Source: the human T2T-CHM13v2.0 reference genome, Homo sapiens
Assembly (NCBI RefSeq): GCF_009914755.1
Contig: NC_060930.1
Direction: 5' to 3' (one strand)
Length of the DNA: 64,000 nucleotides
Positions 44,348 to 59,239 of this stretch are shown piece by piece. Positions within the stretch are counted from its first letter, which is position 1. Every line of letters starts with the position of its first letter. The position numbers and the translations under genes were made by a program. The notes under the pieces are model-generated. The model did no database searches and had not been told where the DNA came from. It saw nothing but the letters and a program-made list of their open reading frames with translations.

Positions 44348-47300
44348 AATTTTTATGTCTCTCTACTCTCTTTTAATCTGCAACCGTTTTTTAGCCTTTT
44401 CTACATTTCTTAACCTTTACAATTTTGAAGAGTACATCTCATTATTTTGTATAATGTCCACAAAGCACTTTTAGAAACCAGCATCTACTTAAAAGTGAAC
44501 ATAAAAAAAAAGTTACGTTTTAAGAAAAACATATTCAAGTAGATTTTGGTTATATGATTAGAATGGTAAGAATTACATATAGAAAAAAAATAAGAAGAAA
44601 AAATAAAAATCACATTAACCACACAAGTCATTAATGGAAATCACAAAGTTAAAATAATGGTAACTTCTTATGTATATATTAAAAAATGATGCTTACATAT
44701 AGACATAGATACAATGACTGTTATCAATATACAATAATATAAATGAGACATAAAGGAGAGAGGGCCAATTATGCACCACTAGTTAGCAAGGTACTAATGA
44801 AAGACAAATTGGGGGTTAGGCAACTTGAATTCCAGTTCTGGCAACAAAGGGCTCTGAGCAGGTCTCACGTCACTTTGAAGCTGTTTCTTTATATATAAAA
44901 TGAAGATGCCTATATAGATGTATGGTTTGAAAATCTAGCTGACCATTAGAATCATGTGGGAAATTAAAAGAATATATACATATATATGAGCTGAGCTCCT
45001 CTCCAGACTTTCTGAATCAATTTCTGGGGTAAAGTCTTTTTTTAAAAATGTTCCCTAGAATGAATCTTATGATCATACCAGTGTAGAATTTTTCTACAAA
45101 CAAAATTTTATGTAGAAACCCAATATACAACACAGGTAAAGATATGGCAGCTTTTGCTAATGTGGGATTGAGACCATCTCCTAAGTTCTGCTTGCTGATT
45201 TATAACCCATGATAGCTTCTCATTTAACTCTGTGGGTCAGTTTGCAAACTGGTCCAGAGTAGAGGATCACTAACACGTCTCCCAGTTCCAGTATCTGGGT
45301 CTTTTACGTCTAAACAGCAAAATATTTCTTTCAGAGTGTAAACCATCATAATTTATTAGTTTTGAATTCTCAAGCAATTCACTCAAACTTCTGTTTCCTC
45401 ATCTTACAGTGTGAACAAAGAATTCTAATCTCCAGTTACATGAAGGATTAAATGGGATATCCAAGCAAAGTACTCAGCAGCGACCCTAGCACAGGACTTG
45501 GACACAGGGTACTCAATAACACGAGTGACTCTTCTCCACCCCTCTCTCCTGCTCACTCTCTAATAAAAAATAATGGTGTCAAAAATGTAACTGATAAAGT
45601 ATGTGAGGACAGAAGATCATTTTAAAAAGGTCATGATTTAGTAACAAAAAGTAAAGAGCGATTGTAATTCTCTTCCTACACACGTTATAAGAATAAGTTC
45701 ATTTTTTTAGTACTAGATATATCAAAAGATATATAAAAACCATGGATTCAATTATGTGATTGGCATACAAAGGGCTGTAAGAATTTGGCTTCATGGTAAT
45801 ACCTCCTGAATTATTCAGTTCCATTTTTATGCAGTATGGCATATAATTTTAATAAATGTATTTTTTAAAAGACAACAAAAACCCAGACTCGATGATTATG
45901 CAAATTAAATGACATTAAGAAAAATTCTTAAGTATTAGAAACCTTCACGTTTATTTAATAGTGCTCTCAACACATATATTCAAGTGGAGCACATCACCTA
46001 TAAGTCAAATGAGCCCTAGTGTACTACAGATATATCATTTAATAGACTTTAGGTAAGGTTATTTTTTTTAAAAAAGATGAAAACATTCAGGTAAAAAAAA
46101 AAAACCTTTCAAAATCTTTATGTTATACATTTTAAGTATATCATTTGAGAACTTGCACTGTGTGATAAATTTGAGTTCTAAAGATTTCTATTACTAATGG
46201 CTACTAATTACCTTTCTCATCCCAATCTGGGTTTTAGGTCTTATTCAACTAAGCCAATTTCAACAAGGAATATGATCTATAAATGTCTTTAAAAACAGGT
46301 GACTTGAGATTCTAGTGAGATGCTTGAGTTTCCTTCTTACTATTAATATTTAAAGGAGGCTTAAAGAAATGGATGATGTATCTTTAAGGGAAATTCATAC
46401 ATGTTTTTAACAAGAAAATTTCAGTTTAATTAATTTTTTAAAAGCTCATACTTTAAATATGGAGTAGAAGTCTAAGATCAAATGATATAACCATTGTGTT
46501 CAGCTTTGTAGCTTCATATTTATATTTTATAATTCAGCAGAAAATGACTTGATTTGCTATCTTGGAATGTGTAATACTGAAGGTAAAATTTCTGAAAAAT
46601 ACTTAATACTGCCTAGAAGTTTTAAAAAATAGAGCGACGAGCTTTCTGATTACCACTAGCCTGAACAATTTTGTTCTGTCTGACAAATTCTTTAACCTCT
46701 GATATGTTCATTAGTAAAACACCAACTAATTGAATCCATCGACATGAAAAACCACAGGCTGAAATGTGAAGTGCATACATCATGCTGAAGGATTTTGTCT
46801 CAGCCACGGAGGTAATAGTCAGCGAGGTCAGGTCAAAGAGGGTTAAACCAAGCCAGGATATAGCCAAAGAAATACATCAAACGCTGATTTTAAAAGGGCA
46901 ATTAATCTTGGACAGAAATGCTTCCTGGGGAATGAGATCTCAATCTTAAGAGCACACTACATGATGTAGCAGTAAAAATGAACATATACAAGCTTACAGG
47001 GCTTTTATCCTATGATCACAAACAGAAGGAGAGTGCTGTTTATCAGAAAAATACAAACCCATTTAAAAATACTTACATTAACTTCTTCCGGATGCATACT
47101 CACTTAGCAGTACAGGTCTTAATGAACATGCAATATCATAGTATATACCAAATACCAGATATACCACATATCTCTTTCCATGTATACATTTTATATCTTT
47201 ATTATATTTTCAGAGCTTTGACTCTTAACATTTTAAACAATTTAAAAACATGTCCATATTAATTCTTTCATTGACTTTTGCTTATAATCTCTGTATTTCT

Positions 47301-48362
47301 TAGTAAGGAGGACATAAACTAAAATTTAAATAATATAAAAAATCCCATATGATCAGTTGTAATTATAAAAAGCAAAGTGTATTAAATTAAGTGATTGTAA
47401 GGCCATTTTAAAACTGATTAAAAGCTTCCTGACAATAAGATAAAAATGTGGTAAAAGTTAAAAATTAAACCTTGTTCATTAATAAATACATAAATAAACT
47501 TTGAAAACAATATTATTTTATCTGCTTTCATAAAATGACCCAGTAATTCTAGTTGGGTGTAATAGGGTCCATTAATATTTGTCAAGTATGAACTATAGAA
47601 TAGCTCAACTTACTTGCTTTATTTAAAATATAGACAATAATTGTACTGTTTACATATGGTCAGAATGAAGCCCTATAGTACCTGTTTCAATGAAAAGATA
47701 ACTTGTTTTTAACTGTCTGCATATACTATTATTTTGGTAAGAGAATTTTGTTTTCTAGTGCTAAAGATGAAATAGTTGTGCAAGTGTGTGTTTCTCATTT
47801 TGGGAACAGTCAGGTTAATTCATTTAACTTCTTGAGATTAAGATAACAATAATTCAGAAGGAGAAACCAGAAGCATCTTCTGTCAGTCCAGTAATGTCAT
47901 CATTTCCAGTAGTGGAGAATGAAAATAATCAGCATTATTATTGCCCAAATCAAATAGCGTGAAGGTACAGAGATACTAGTTCCTTCTAATTCAAATTCTA
48001 AATGAATATCTAAAGAATTACTGAAATTGTAAAACCCGCAATCTGATGAGGTTTGGGGATTGGAGTTTTTTTTATTCCTGTGGCATGAGTTTGCAAACTG
48101 AGTGCCTATTCTTCCGGGGGCAGTGCCATCACACTGACAAATGTGATTATTGCTCAAATATTATCTCAAATCACGAGATACTAACCAGCTTCAATTTTGT
48201 CCAAATACTTAAAAGTATCTGCTTTATACGGTCAGCATGAGATTTATATGTTTCTTTTTCTAACTGCTTTATGTCTGAAAAAAATTTATCTTGTCAACTA
48301 ATTCACTTTATTAACATAATCTAATCATATACAGCAAAGGAGAAAAAAATGTGAATATACCA

Positions 48363-48623
48363 TTTTTTCTTTTCTTTTTCTTTTTTTTTTGAGATGGAGT
48401 TTCACTCTTGGTGCCCAGGCTAGACTGCAATGGCGCATTCCAGGTCACTGCAACCTCTGGCTCCTGGGTTCAACCAATTCTCCTGCCTCAGCCTCCCGAG
48501 TAGCTGGGATTACAGGCATGCACCACCACGCCTAGCTAATTTTGTACTTTTAGTAGAGACGGGGTTTCACCATGTTGGTCAGGCTGGTCTCTAACTCCTG
48601 ACCTCAGGTGATCCACCCGCCTA
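48363..48623 (-). mobile_element. AluS, 5'-truncated
   Basis: Poly-T then Alu, ending at gatccacccgcct. Confidence 0.92.
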
Positions 48624-48925
48624 GCTTACCACGTTGTTATACATTACATTAGAAGACTGGGAAATGAAGTATAATTGGGTAAAGCTTATAGGTGTTTTGT
48701 ATTCTCCAAGGTAAAAATAAATGTTCTTGATGTGTTATTTTTAATGTACAAAGAAAAAAATATTTCACTCAGGTCTGGCACAGAAGCTTAGATCTCTGAG
48801 TCATTTTAACTACAGCTGAAACGACAAAAACAATTTACCTGAGCTCACCTTTGGTCATTTCCTGTTACCTCCAACTTGACTAATTCCCTTAGCCATTTAC
48901 AAAAAAAGAAAGGAACACACAAAAG

Positions 48926-48979
48926 AGCTCATCATTAGTTACTCCACAAGCAGCAGCTCATCATTAGTTACTCCACAAG
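48926..48979. repeat. Tandem duplication of 25 bp (period 29)
   Basis: agctcatcattagttactccacaag occurs twice, separated by cagc. Confidence 0.92.
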
Positions 48980-50310
48980 AACAATGACCTAAAGCACGTA
49001 TTCATAAATACTAGTACATTCGACTTTCATATGATGAAATCAGACAAAATTCTTTCATCACTGAATCACTTGTAGGGAGTAGAAGACAATGGTGCCACAT
49101 AACTTTTATGAAGTACTTTCTCTTTTCATCATGTGATGACAGCAAGTTCTTATCCATACACACCCAATCTTAAAGTCTTTCGCTTTCAACTTAAGTTGAG
49201 TGCAGGTGTGTCAAAATGCTTCATGTTTGACACATCTGACAATACTACAGGTGAACTGAACCAGGCAGTAAACAGTTTTTTACTGAAACAGTGACTCGAT
49301 GTTTTGGATACTCTACATAGATTTTTAAATGACAATTTTTTTTAATACGTAATAAAAAGAAGAAGCAAAGATAAAAGTTTTTTTCTAAAGAAAAGATACT
49401 GAGATGTGTTAGAGATGTGGCTTCCTCCTGGTATGAAAGATACCATCAAAAATACCTGAAAAGAATAGGCATTATCTATGTCATTTCAATGAAGTGTGTG
49501 TTCTGCAGTCAAGAGAAGCATTTGACAGTTTGCATGGGGAGAAGTCTGTCACACAGATGTACTCACCTACAGCACCTGAAATCACCTAAAAGGAAGGTTT
49601 GTGGATTAGGTTGTGTGGCTGCGCTGCCTCACTGCTCCCCTCTAAAAAAAAAAAAAAAAAAAAAAACCACAAGGGAAGTCACACTGTGTATCCCCTAGAA
49701 AAGGATGTACACGTAGAGCAGCCTAGAAATTTAACAGAACAAAGAATCTCTTTTAAAAGAACAGCTTCACAAATTTGTGTGCCTTTCTTGTGTAGGGTCA
49801 CGTTAATCTTGTCTTGTAACCTGGGTATAAGAGCAGAATAAAGGTGTATTCTGAGAGTGTCAGTTCAAAGCACTTGAATGCTTTTCATTTACGTGTCTGA
49901 TGTTCATAATCACCATTTAAAAAATTCAACAAGAGTGGTCAGGATTATATATAGGAACACTAAAATAACAAAACAAACAAAATAAAAACAGTAGACACTC
50001 AGGTTCCTAAGATCATATCAGAAATATTATTAAGAGAGAAGAGCATGTAGGCAGATTAGATACTAAACACAAATTGAAGACTAAGATTTGTGAAAGTAAA
50101 ATAAAGAGTAAGGAAAAAGCAAGTATTTCAGAATGTTATTTTAAACTAAACCAAAAAGTTAAAAAGAAAGAAAACAAAAACAAATGGCAGCATAGTAAAG
50201 TGGAAAAACCAAAAGACCACCAGGAGATGGAGACCTGTGTTCTAAACCTATTTCTGCAATTAAGTGGTTAAGAGACGTTTGGCACAATCATGCAAAAATT
50301 AAGAGAGTGA

Positions 50311-50569
50311 ACTTTGGGAGGCCAAGGTGGGTGAATCACTTGAGGCCAGGAGTTCAAGACCAGCCTGGCCAACATGGTGAAACCCCGTCTCTACCAAATA
50401 TACAAAAATTAGCCAGGCATGGTGGCACATGCCTGTAATCCCAGCTACTTGCGTGACCGAAGCACAAGATTGCTTGAACCTGGGAGGCAGGGGTTGCAGT
50501 GAGCTGAGATGGCATCACTGCACTCCAGCCTGAGCAACAGAGTGAGAATCAGTCTCAAAAAAAAAAAAA
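50311..50569 (+). mobile_element. AluS, 5'-truncated
   Basis: Starts actttgggagg; A tail. Confidence 0.92.
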
Positions 50570-51072
50570 GTAGATTGAAAGTTCTACAGTTATACAATTC
50601 TTTAAAGAAGTAAAATACAGTATTAACACCCAACTAATTTCTTCCCACTCTAGGCACTCCTTAACCACACCCACAAACTAGAAATTGGCAACCATGAAAT
50701 AAAAATGAATTGAACAAATGAATCCATTAACAAAATAAACAATATAAAATTTCAAGTAAGCCCTCTTTCCTGGATTAAAAAGCAACTGTTAACTTTAGTT
50801 TTTACAGATAAAACACAAATGTATCAAGGGAGACCCCCCACTTATATAAACTTGGGACTAGCAAATATGGATCATTTTGTGTCTGTGACAACTGTGCTGC
50901 TGTTAGGGGACAGATCATTACAGAACACATTCCTTCCAAAGTTTTGGGTTTCATTGCAGTGTTCTCATTCTATAGTCAAGGATGTTATAAAAAAGGAAGT
51001 TTAAAACAACATATTTTAAAAAGTAGATTGTCGAAAAAAATCTAGGAAAAGTGCAATAAGGTAGTCATTTGA

Positions 51073-51200
51073 GGCTGGGTGCAGTAGCTCATGCCTATAA
51101 TCTCAGTACTTTGTGAAGCTAAAGTGGGAGTATCACTTGAGTGAGAAATGTAAGACCAGCCTGGGCAACACAGTGAGACCCTGCCTTTTGTTTTCAAAAA
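51073..51200 (+). mobile_element. FLAM / Alu left monomer
   Basis: Single diverged monomer. Confidence 0.8.
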
Positions 51201-51264
51201 AGGTAGTTATTCAAATATTAAACTCTGGCTTAAATTTCATTTACTCCTAATTGATAAAATCATT

Positions 51265-51686
51265 TGTTATAGTGTGGTTGCTTGTCCCCGCCAAACCTCG
51301 TGTTGAAATTTTATCACCAAAGTTGGAAATGGGGCCTAATGGGAGGTATTTGGGTTGGGGTGGGGGGGGCGGGGGTGGATCCCTCATGAATAGATTCATG
51401 CCCTCCCTGGGTGTGGAGGAGTGAGTTCTCACTGTTTTAGTTCCCACAAGAGCTGGTTATTATAAAAAGCCTGGCACCACCCTGCTCTCTCTGGCTTCCT
51501 CTCTCACCATGTGACCACCGCACACACCAACTTCCCTTCAGCTTCCACCATGAGCAGAAGCAGCCTGAGGGTCTCATGAGATGCCCAATCTCCAGGCAGT
51601 AGAGCTGTGAGTTAAATAAACCTTTTTTCTTTATAAATTACCCAACCTCAGGTGTTTCTTTATAGCAACACAAACAGACTAACACA
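51265..51686 (+). mobile_element. MST-family solo LTR containing a G-run expansion
   Basis: tgttatagtgtgg...aataaacc...ttataaattacccaacctcagg...cagactaacaca. Confidence 0.85.
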
Positions 51687-52269
51687 GCATCTAGTTTTTA
51701 ATGTTCTTTAAAGTACTACTACAAAGTACTCAAAAAGGGAAAAAAACACAATACAGAGAAATGAGTAACTGAAAGCCAGTGCTGCCACGGACAGGTAAGA
51801 GGTTTATGGGGTTTATCTCTATCAGCAATAAAAACGATTAACCTCTTCATTACACTTCAAATGAAAATAACTCATCTATATTCCAAAATCCTCAAAAACA
51901 AAAATAGATATTAAATAGATCAAAAACAAACACCCTTATAACACAGAGAAAATGAACTAAAAAAGTAAGCTTATTCTTGAATTTCTGGGAATTTCTCAGA
52001 AGTTATGAGTTACTAAGGCAAAATTTCTGTAGCCTGAGTTCAAAAATAAAAAGTTCACTTAACTATCTCTAAAGATATACAGGAAAATGGCAACACTGGT
52101 TGTCTCTAGAAAGGGGAACCAGGTTAGAGTTTGGTGAACAGGTAGTTAGGAAAGAGACTTTTTACTAAATTCCTTTATATATGCTTTGATTTTTAAAATA
52201 TGTAAATGTATTGCCTATAAGAAAAAAAGTTTTAGTTATTTAACTGAACACAATCCATTAAAAAAAACT

Positions 52270-53485
52270 TGATAGACAGGAATTCACCAAAATTAAATGC
52301 TTTTATCCTTCAAAAGAAAATGAAGACAAGGCTGGGCATGGTAGCTCACACTTGTAATGCCAGCACTTTGGGAGGCTGAGGCGGATGAATCCCCTGTGGT
52401 CAGGAGTTTGAGACCAGTCTGGCCAACACAGTGAAACCCTGTCTCTACTAAAAACACAAATATTAGCCAGGCATGGTGGCAGGCACCTGTAATCCCAGCT
52501 ACTAGGGAGGCTGAGTCACGAGAATCACTTGAACCCGGAGGTGGAGGTTGCAGTTAGCCAAGATTGCACCACTGCGCTCCAACCTGGGTGACAGAGCGAG
52601 ACCCTGTCTGGGAAAAAAAAAAAGAGAGAGAGTGAGAAAGAGAGAAAGAAAATGAAGGCAAGTCACAGACTAGGAGAAAATATCTGCAAATTGTGTATCT
52701 GATAAAGAACTTGTATCCAGAATATATAAATAATGCTAAAAACTGAGTAATAAGGAAACAATCCATGAAAAAAAACAAGGATTTGAATAGACACTTCATC
52801 AAAGAGATCTACAAATTATAATAAGCACATGAAAACATGTTCAATACCATTAGCCATTAGAAAAATGAGAATTAAAATCATCATGAGATACCACTAGGAT
52901 GGCAATACATGTGACTGAGGATGTGGAGAAACTGGAATCCTTATACACCGCTGGTGAGACTGTAAAATGGTACAGCCACTTTGGGAAAGCTCAGTAGTTT
53001 CTTTTAAAATAAAAAATAAACTTACTATATGACCTTGTCATTCCACCCCTAGGAAGCTACCCAAGAAAAATGAAAACAAATGTCCACAGAAAGACCCATA
53101 TTTGAATGTTCCTAGCAGCTCTGTTTATAAAGGTGAAAGGCTGGAAACAGTCCAAACACCCATCAGCTGGTACAGGGAGAACCAAAATGTGATGTATCTA
53201 CCCAATGGAGTATTATTCACCAATCAAACTATGGACACTTGCTTCAATACGGATGCAACTCAAATACATAATGTTAAGTGGAAAAAAACAGTTGCACAAG
53301 ACTATATGCTGTATGGTTCAATTTATGTGAAATATAATAGGCAAATTATAGAGACAGAAAACAGACCAGTGGTTGTTTATAGCTGGCAGTGGAGCAGAGA
53401 TTAGCTACAAGTAAGTACAAGGAGATGGAAATGTTCTAAAAACCAAATTGTGGTGATGGTTGCACAACTCTATAAATTTACTAAA
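52270..53485 (+). mobile_element. L1MB-like fragment (ORF2 end and 3'UTR)
   Basis: gaatagacacttcatcaaagaga, gaggatgtggagaaactggaa, tgtaaaatggtacagccactttgg, gatggttgcacaactc. Confidence 0.8.
52330..52644 (+). mobile_element. AluS inserted in L1
   Basis: Full Alu with A/GA tail; TSD aaagaaaatgaag(a/g)caag. Confidence 0.95.
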
Positions 53486-54214
53486 AAATCATTAAATTAT
53501 AAAAAAATTATTTAACTAAAACTCTTATTGAAAGCTAAAATTACACAGTAGTAAAGATGGATTAGGAGTCTAAGATAGTATTATAATCAACTTAATGTTA
53601 ATTGCTCCAAGATTTAATGATCGTAAATAATATGTTTCATGGTAATGATAGAAAGAATTCAGTAACTGGATTGTTTGGCAAACATTTACCCTAGCACTAG
53701 AGATACATGGACGTGTGTAAGACATCATCAGAAACCTTACTATAAAGGCTAGTAAAGTTCAAGGAAGACTTTATAAAATGTATTTATAACCTCTTAAATC
53801 CTGTTCAGTTTTAATAATTTGGGTAGTCAGTGGTCTCTTCCTTCAATCCTTTCTGGCATTGGTTCTGACAGTATTATTGTAGGTGCCCTTCCCCTTCCTA
53901 ATGAACCTCTGTTCATTTTTAAAGCATTACATACATGTAGGAATGCTAGTATAAGCAAGCATACTTGACTAAGGAAAATTGCAATATTCTCAGGCTGAAT
54001 GACACATATTTTGGGCTCCACATTCTTTGCTTAGTCATTTAGGCTGGAATACCACAACATTACCACCAAACCCACTGTTCCTAATTCTACTACTTAGGCA
54101 AACTATTTCCTTAGATGCAAAATGCTTCATGAACTGTGTGGTATATGTCATGCAAGTAATCCTGCATTCCTCCAATTCAGAATACATTCGTAAGAAACAA
54201 GCATTATCTGTTAA

Positions 54215-54613
<399 letters not shown>

Positions 54614-54737
54614 AACTCTATGCAATTTTTATGTCAATACAGTAATATGCCACTGAAAATTTCCCCTATAGTTTAGTAAGCATTAATAGGGCTGGGATTC
54701 AAGAGCAGCAGGACATTTTACACATACACACACACAA

Positions 54738-55062
54738 TGTGGTCACTTGGTATTCATGAAGGATTGGTTCAAGGATCCCTGAGGATACCAAAATCCACCC
54801 AGGCTCAAGTCGCTTATATAGAATGGCATAATATTTGCATATAACCTATGCACATGTGTGCTTTAAATCATTCATCTCTAGATTACTTGTAATATTTAAT
54901 GCAATGTAAATCTATATAAATACTTATACTGTATTCTTAGGGAATAATAACAAGAAAAAAAAGTCTGTTTATCTTCAGTACAGACACAATCATCCATTTT
55001 CTTTCCCAAATGTTTTTTATCTGCTGTGGGCATGATGGGGAGCCCATGGATATGAAGGGCCA
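54738..55062. mobile_element. MER2 (Tigger2-derived) DNA transposon
   Basis: gattggttc...gataccaaaatcc...gctcaagtc...tatttgcatataacctatgcaca...catggatatgaagggcca. Confidence 0.75.
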
Positions 55063-55104
55063 ATGTGTATGTATTATACACATATGTATATCTCAAGTAT
55101 TCAA

Positions 55105-55111
<7 letters not shown>

Positions 55112-55146
<35 letters not shown>
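55112..55146. repeat. (TG)n microsatellite
   Basis: About 17 perfect TG units. Confidence 0.95.
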
Positions 55147-55147
<1 letters not shown>

Positions 55148-55755
55148 TCAACAGTGGTCTCTATCAGTTAATGGATTATGGGCAGTTTTATTGTTTTCTG
55201 CATTTTCTTGGTGTTCTTTATGTTGTAATAAAGAAAAACAGAATTCAGAAATTTTAAAATTTGTCCCTTGCTTGCAGGAAAACAGCCTTAACCTAAGTTA
55301 CAAAATTAGCGCCATGAAACAGGTCAAGTTTTTGAACGAACTTGTAGATTGTCAAAGCCTAAAAGAAAAAGGTTAACTGAAAAAGTAGAAAGTAGTAGAA
55401 AATTCAAATAAAATACTCATCCATTTTTCAGTATTATCAACTTTCAAATATCAAAAATGAGAAAATTATTTTTACCATTTCTGACTTCTTTAAAGTTAAT
55501 AAACAAAATGCAAGATTAAAAGTAGTATTTATCAGAACTGAATCCATAAATTAAAAACCAGAGTACCAGAGATATACTAAGAGGATGATTTAAAAACTGT
55601 ATTTTATTTCGCCAGTCGAGTCATCATTTTGTTAGTCAATAATTTACAAAATAATATATTAAATATTAGGTGCTTCTGTTTGAAAAGACTTTTCGCTGTA
55701 AGATATGAAAATATCTTCCTGAAATAACCTGTTGTTTATAAATGTGGAATGCTTA

Positions 55756-55929
<174 letters not shown>

Positions 55930-56427
55930 CTATTTGAAAAAGGAAAAAATGATTCAAGCAATTAAGTCTTTGTTGCTGCCAATTACAAATTTATATATCA
56001 TAAACTTTATGTTGGCATTAGGTGCCTTTTGATACGGTGTTAGCATAATTACACAACATCACAGATGTGGTATCACTGTGAAAAATGTTTAACATGATAA
56101 ATTCAGGTAAATCTAATTCTGAGGAAACAGACAAATCCAAAGTTGGGTGGGACATTCTAAAGATAATTGGCTGGGACCCTTCAAAAACTTAAAGACATTA
56201 AAAAGCAAACAACACAAAAAGATATCAACAAAAGCATTTTTTCTCAGTATCTCTTAAAGAGACTAACAAAGCAAATACAAAACATAAACCATGGCTGAAT
56301 ACTAAATTGAAGAAGGACATTTTTTAGAAATCCAACTATGAAACACAGTTTTGGGATAAATGGGGAAATACAGAATGGACAACTGATAATATTATTGAGT
56401 TAATGTCAAATTTCTTAGGTACAATAA

Positions 56428-56803
<376 letters not shown>

Positions 56804-56826
56804 CCAAAACTTAACCATCTAATGGT

Positions 56827-56882
56827 TGAGAGAGAGACAGAGAGAGAGAGAAAGAGAGAGACAGAGAATGTGTGTGTGTGTG
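56827..56882. repeat. (GA)n(GT)n compound microsatellite
   Basis: Seen directly in the sequence. Confidence 0.85.
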
Positions 56883-57444
56883 AAGACAAAGCAAAAATAA
56901 AAAAATATTAACTAATGGTGATTCTAGGTAGAGGGTGTATGATTTTAGTAGTTTCATTATTTCAACTTTTCGATAGGTTTCACAATTTCCAAAACAGCAG
57001 ATCCAGCCATTTCATCTGACAAAAACTGTTAGCAGCACTACATCGTAATTTATTGCTAATAATCTCATTGTTTTACTCTTAAAATTGTTTCATTTACTAA
57101 ATTTCCTTAGTGATGATGGAGGCTTTATCATGACAGAGTACAGAGGCTCTGAAATGAGCCAGTGTCTATGAAGAGCACCACTGTTTGCAAGATCTATGAT
57201 CTTGTACCCAGTTTCCTTTATCTGTTAATTTGGGACATTCCATATCTCTTGAGTTTGTTGTGGAAATAAATGAGCAACTTTGCCAACCACAGAGTAAATA
57301 AATAAATGTTAAAGAGAATAAAAGCATTTTTACCTCCTCTCTCCCTCTTAACGGTTATTTCACTTTAAGATGGTAAATTTTAAGCTTTCTGAGATGAAAA
57401 ATCATTAAAACTTAACAAGAACAGAGAAATGCCATACATACATA

Positions 57445-57636
57445 TTTTTTGTTTGCTTGTTTCCTGAGACAAGGTTTCACTCTGTCACCCAGGTTGAATT
57501 GCAGTGGTGCAACCCCCAAGTTGCAATCCTCCACCTAAGCCTCCAGAGTAGCTGGGACTACAGGTGTGAGCCACCATGCTCAGCTAATTTTTTTACTTTT
57601 TTGTAGAAGGGGGTCTCACTATGTTGCCCAGGCTGC
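57445..57636 (-). mobile_element. AluJ fragment
   Basis: Right arm plus part of the left arm. Confidence 0.85.
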
Positions 57637-57768
57637 CTCATATTTTATAAGAATATGACTTCAAACACTTAGGCATTAGCGACAAGGTTTTGTTTTTGTC
57701 TTTTAATGACAGAGGTATACCTCAACATATTTGACACAACTGTTAGAGATTTGGTTTAAAAAGAAATA

Positions 57769-58105
57769 GACATGGATGAAGCTGGAAACTATCATTCTCA
57801 GCAAACTAACACAGGAACAGAAAACCAAACACCTCATGTTCTCACTCACAACTGGGAGCTGAACAACGAGAACACATGGACACAGGCAGGGGAACATCAC
57901 ACACCAAGGCCTGTCGGGGAGTAGGGGGCTAGGGGAGGGATAGCATTAGGAGAAATACCTAACGTAGATGAGGGGCTGATGGGTGCAGCAAACCACCATG
58001 GCACATGTATATCTATGTAACAAACCTGCACATTCTGCACATGTATTCCAGAACTTAAAGTATAATACAAAATGAAAAAATAAATAAAAATAAGTAGAAA
58101 AAATA
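57769..58105 (+). mobile_element. L1PA 3' end, 5'-truncated
   Basis: gacatggatgaagctggaaactatcattctcagcaaactaacacaggaacag...aacttaaagtataat, then an A-rich tail. Confidence 0.93.
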
Positions 58106-58327
58106 AACATGTAAGCATGTGAGCTGCCTTTCCTAATTCTATGTTTATGTATTCACTGAATACATAGTATTTTAAAATAGTAATCCAATAATATATTTGA
58201 GTGTTTGTGACAAGTATGAAAATTGTAATTTTTAAAAAATCTTGATAATATGCATTGAATATGATTTAATTCACTTCACTATTTGAACTCTTTAGGGATT
58301 ATTTTTAAAAATATGATTGATATCCTT

Positions 58328-58706
58328 TGATATGTTTTGGCTCTGTGTTTCCATCCAAATCTCATCTCAAATTGTAATCCCCACCCGTCTAGGGAGGGAC
58401 TGTAATCCCCATGTGTCGAGGGAGGGAGGTGATTGGGTCATAGGGGTGGTTTTCCTCATGTTGTTCTCGTGATACTGAGTGAATTCTCATGAGATCTGAT
58501 GGTTTTAAAAGTGGCAGTTTTTCCTGCACTCTCATCTCTCTTTCCTGCTGGCTTGTGAAGGTGCCTGCTTCCCTTTCTGCCATGATTTTAAGTTTCCTGA
58601 GGCCCCCACAAGCCATACGGAACTGTGAGTCAATTAAACCTTTTGCCTTTATAAATTATCCAGTCTCAGATATTTCTTTAAAGCAGAGTGAAAACAGACT
58701 AATACA
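58328..58706 (+). mobile_element. MSTA/THE1D-like solo LTR
   Basis: tgatatgttttggctctgtg...aaacagactaataca. Confidence 0.88.
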
Positions 58707-59239
58707 TTCTTCAATTTAAAAAGCCATACTTTCTCATACAAGTTGAAACCAAGAACAATATCATGCATAATCAAGTGATTAACTGTGTAAAGATAATAAG
58801 GTTGAGGAGTTCAGAGAAGAAAAGAAATGAATAGGGAACTGTAGTGATAATTTAAAATAGCCATCCCTCACTCAGGGTTTTTGATCTTCAGGCCATGAAG
58901 AAGCTTTTAATGCTTTTTAGCAAAGGAAGTAATGTTGGTGAAAGGCTTTTTCTGACGACTAATGGAAAGCAGTGCTATGTATGGTGACTTGGTTATGAAC
59001 CAAAACCAGAATGACTGGTGAGAGGCTGACTGAATACAGCAAGCTTATGTGAAGACAACTGGAGCTGGTGCAGTGGAAAAGGAAGACAGCAGGACTGTAC
59101 CCACAACTCAAAGAAAAAAGTCAGAAGGTACCTCCCGCAGTCCAACCTGAAAACAACAAAGTCAAAGGAATCTTTTCAAGAATTTGGAGCTCTCATTCAT
59201 ATCCTAATTAGTGTATGAAATGTGAGGTGGCTTTGCTAT

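Noticed and set aside
49031-49064. ATGATGA...CTGA (box C/D-like) with an 8 bp stem; a similar pair at 57110-57152
   Set aside because: Too short for a C/D snoRNA and antisense to the host intron.
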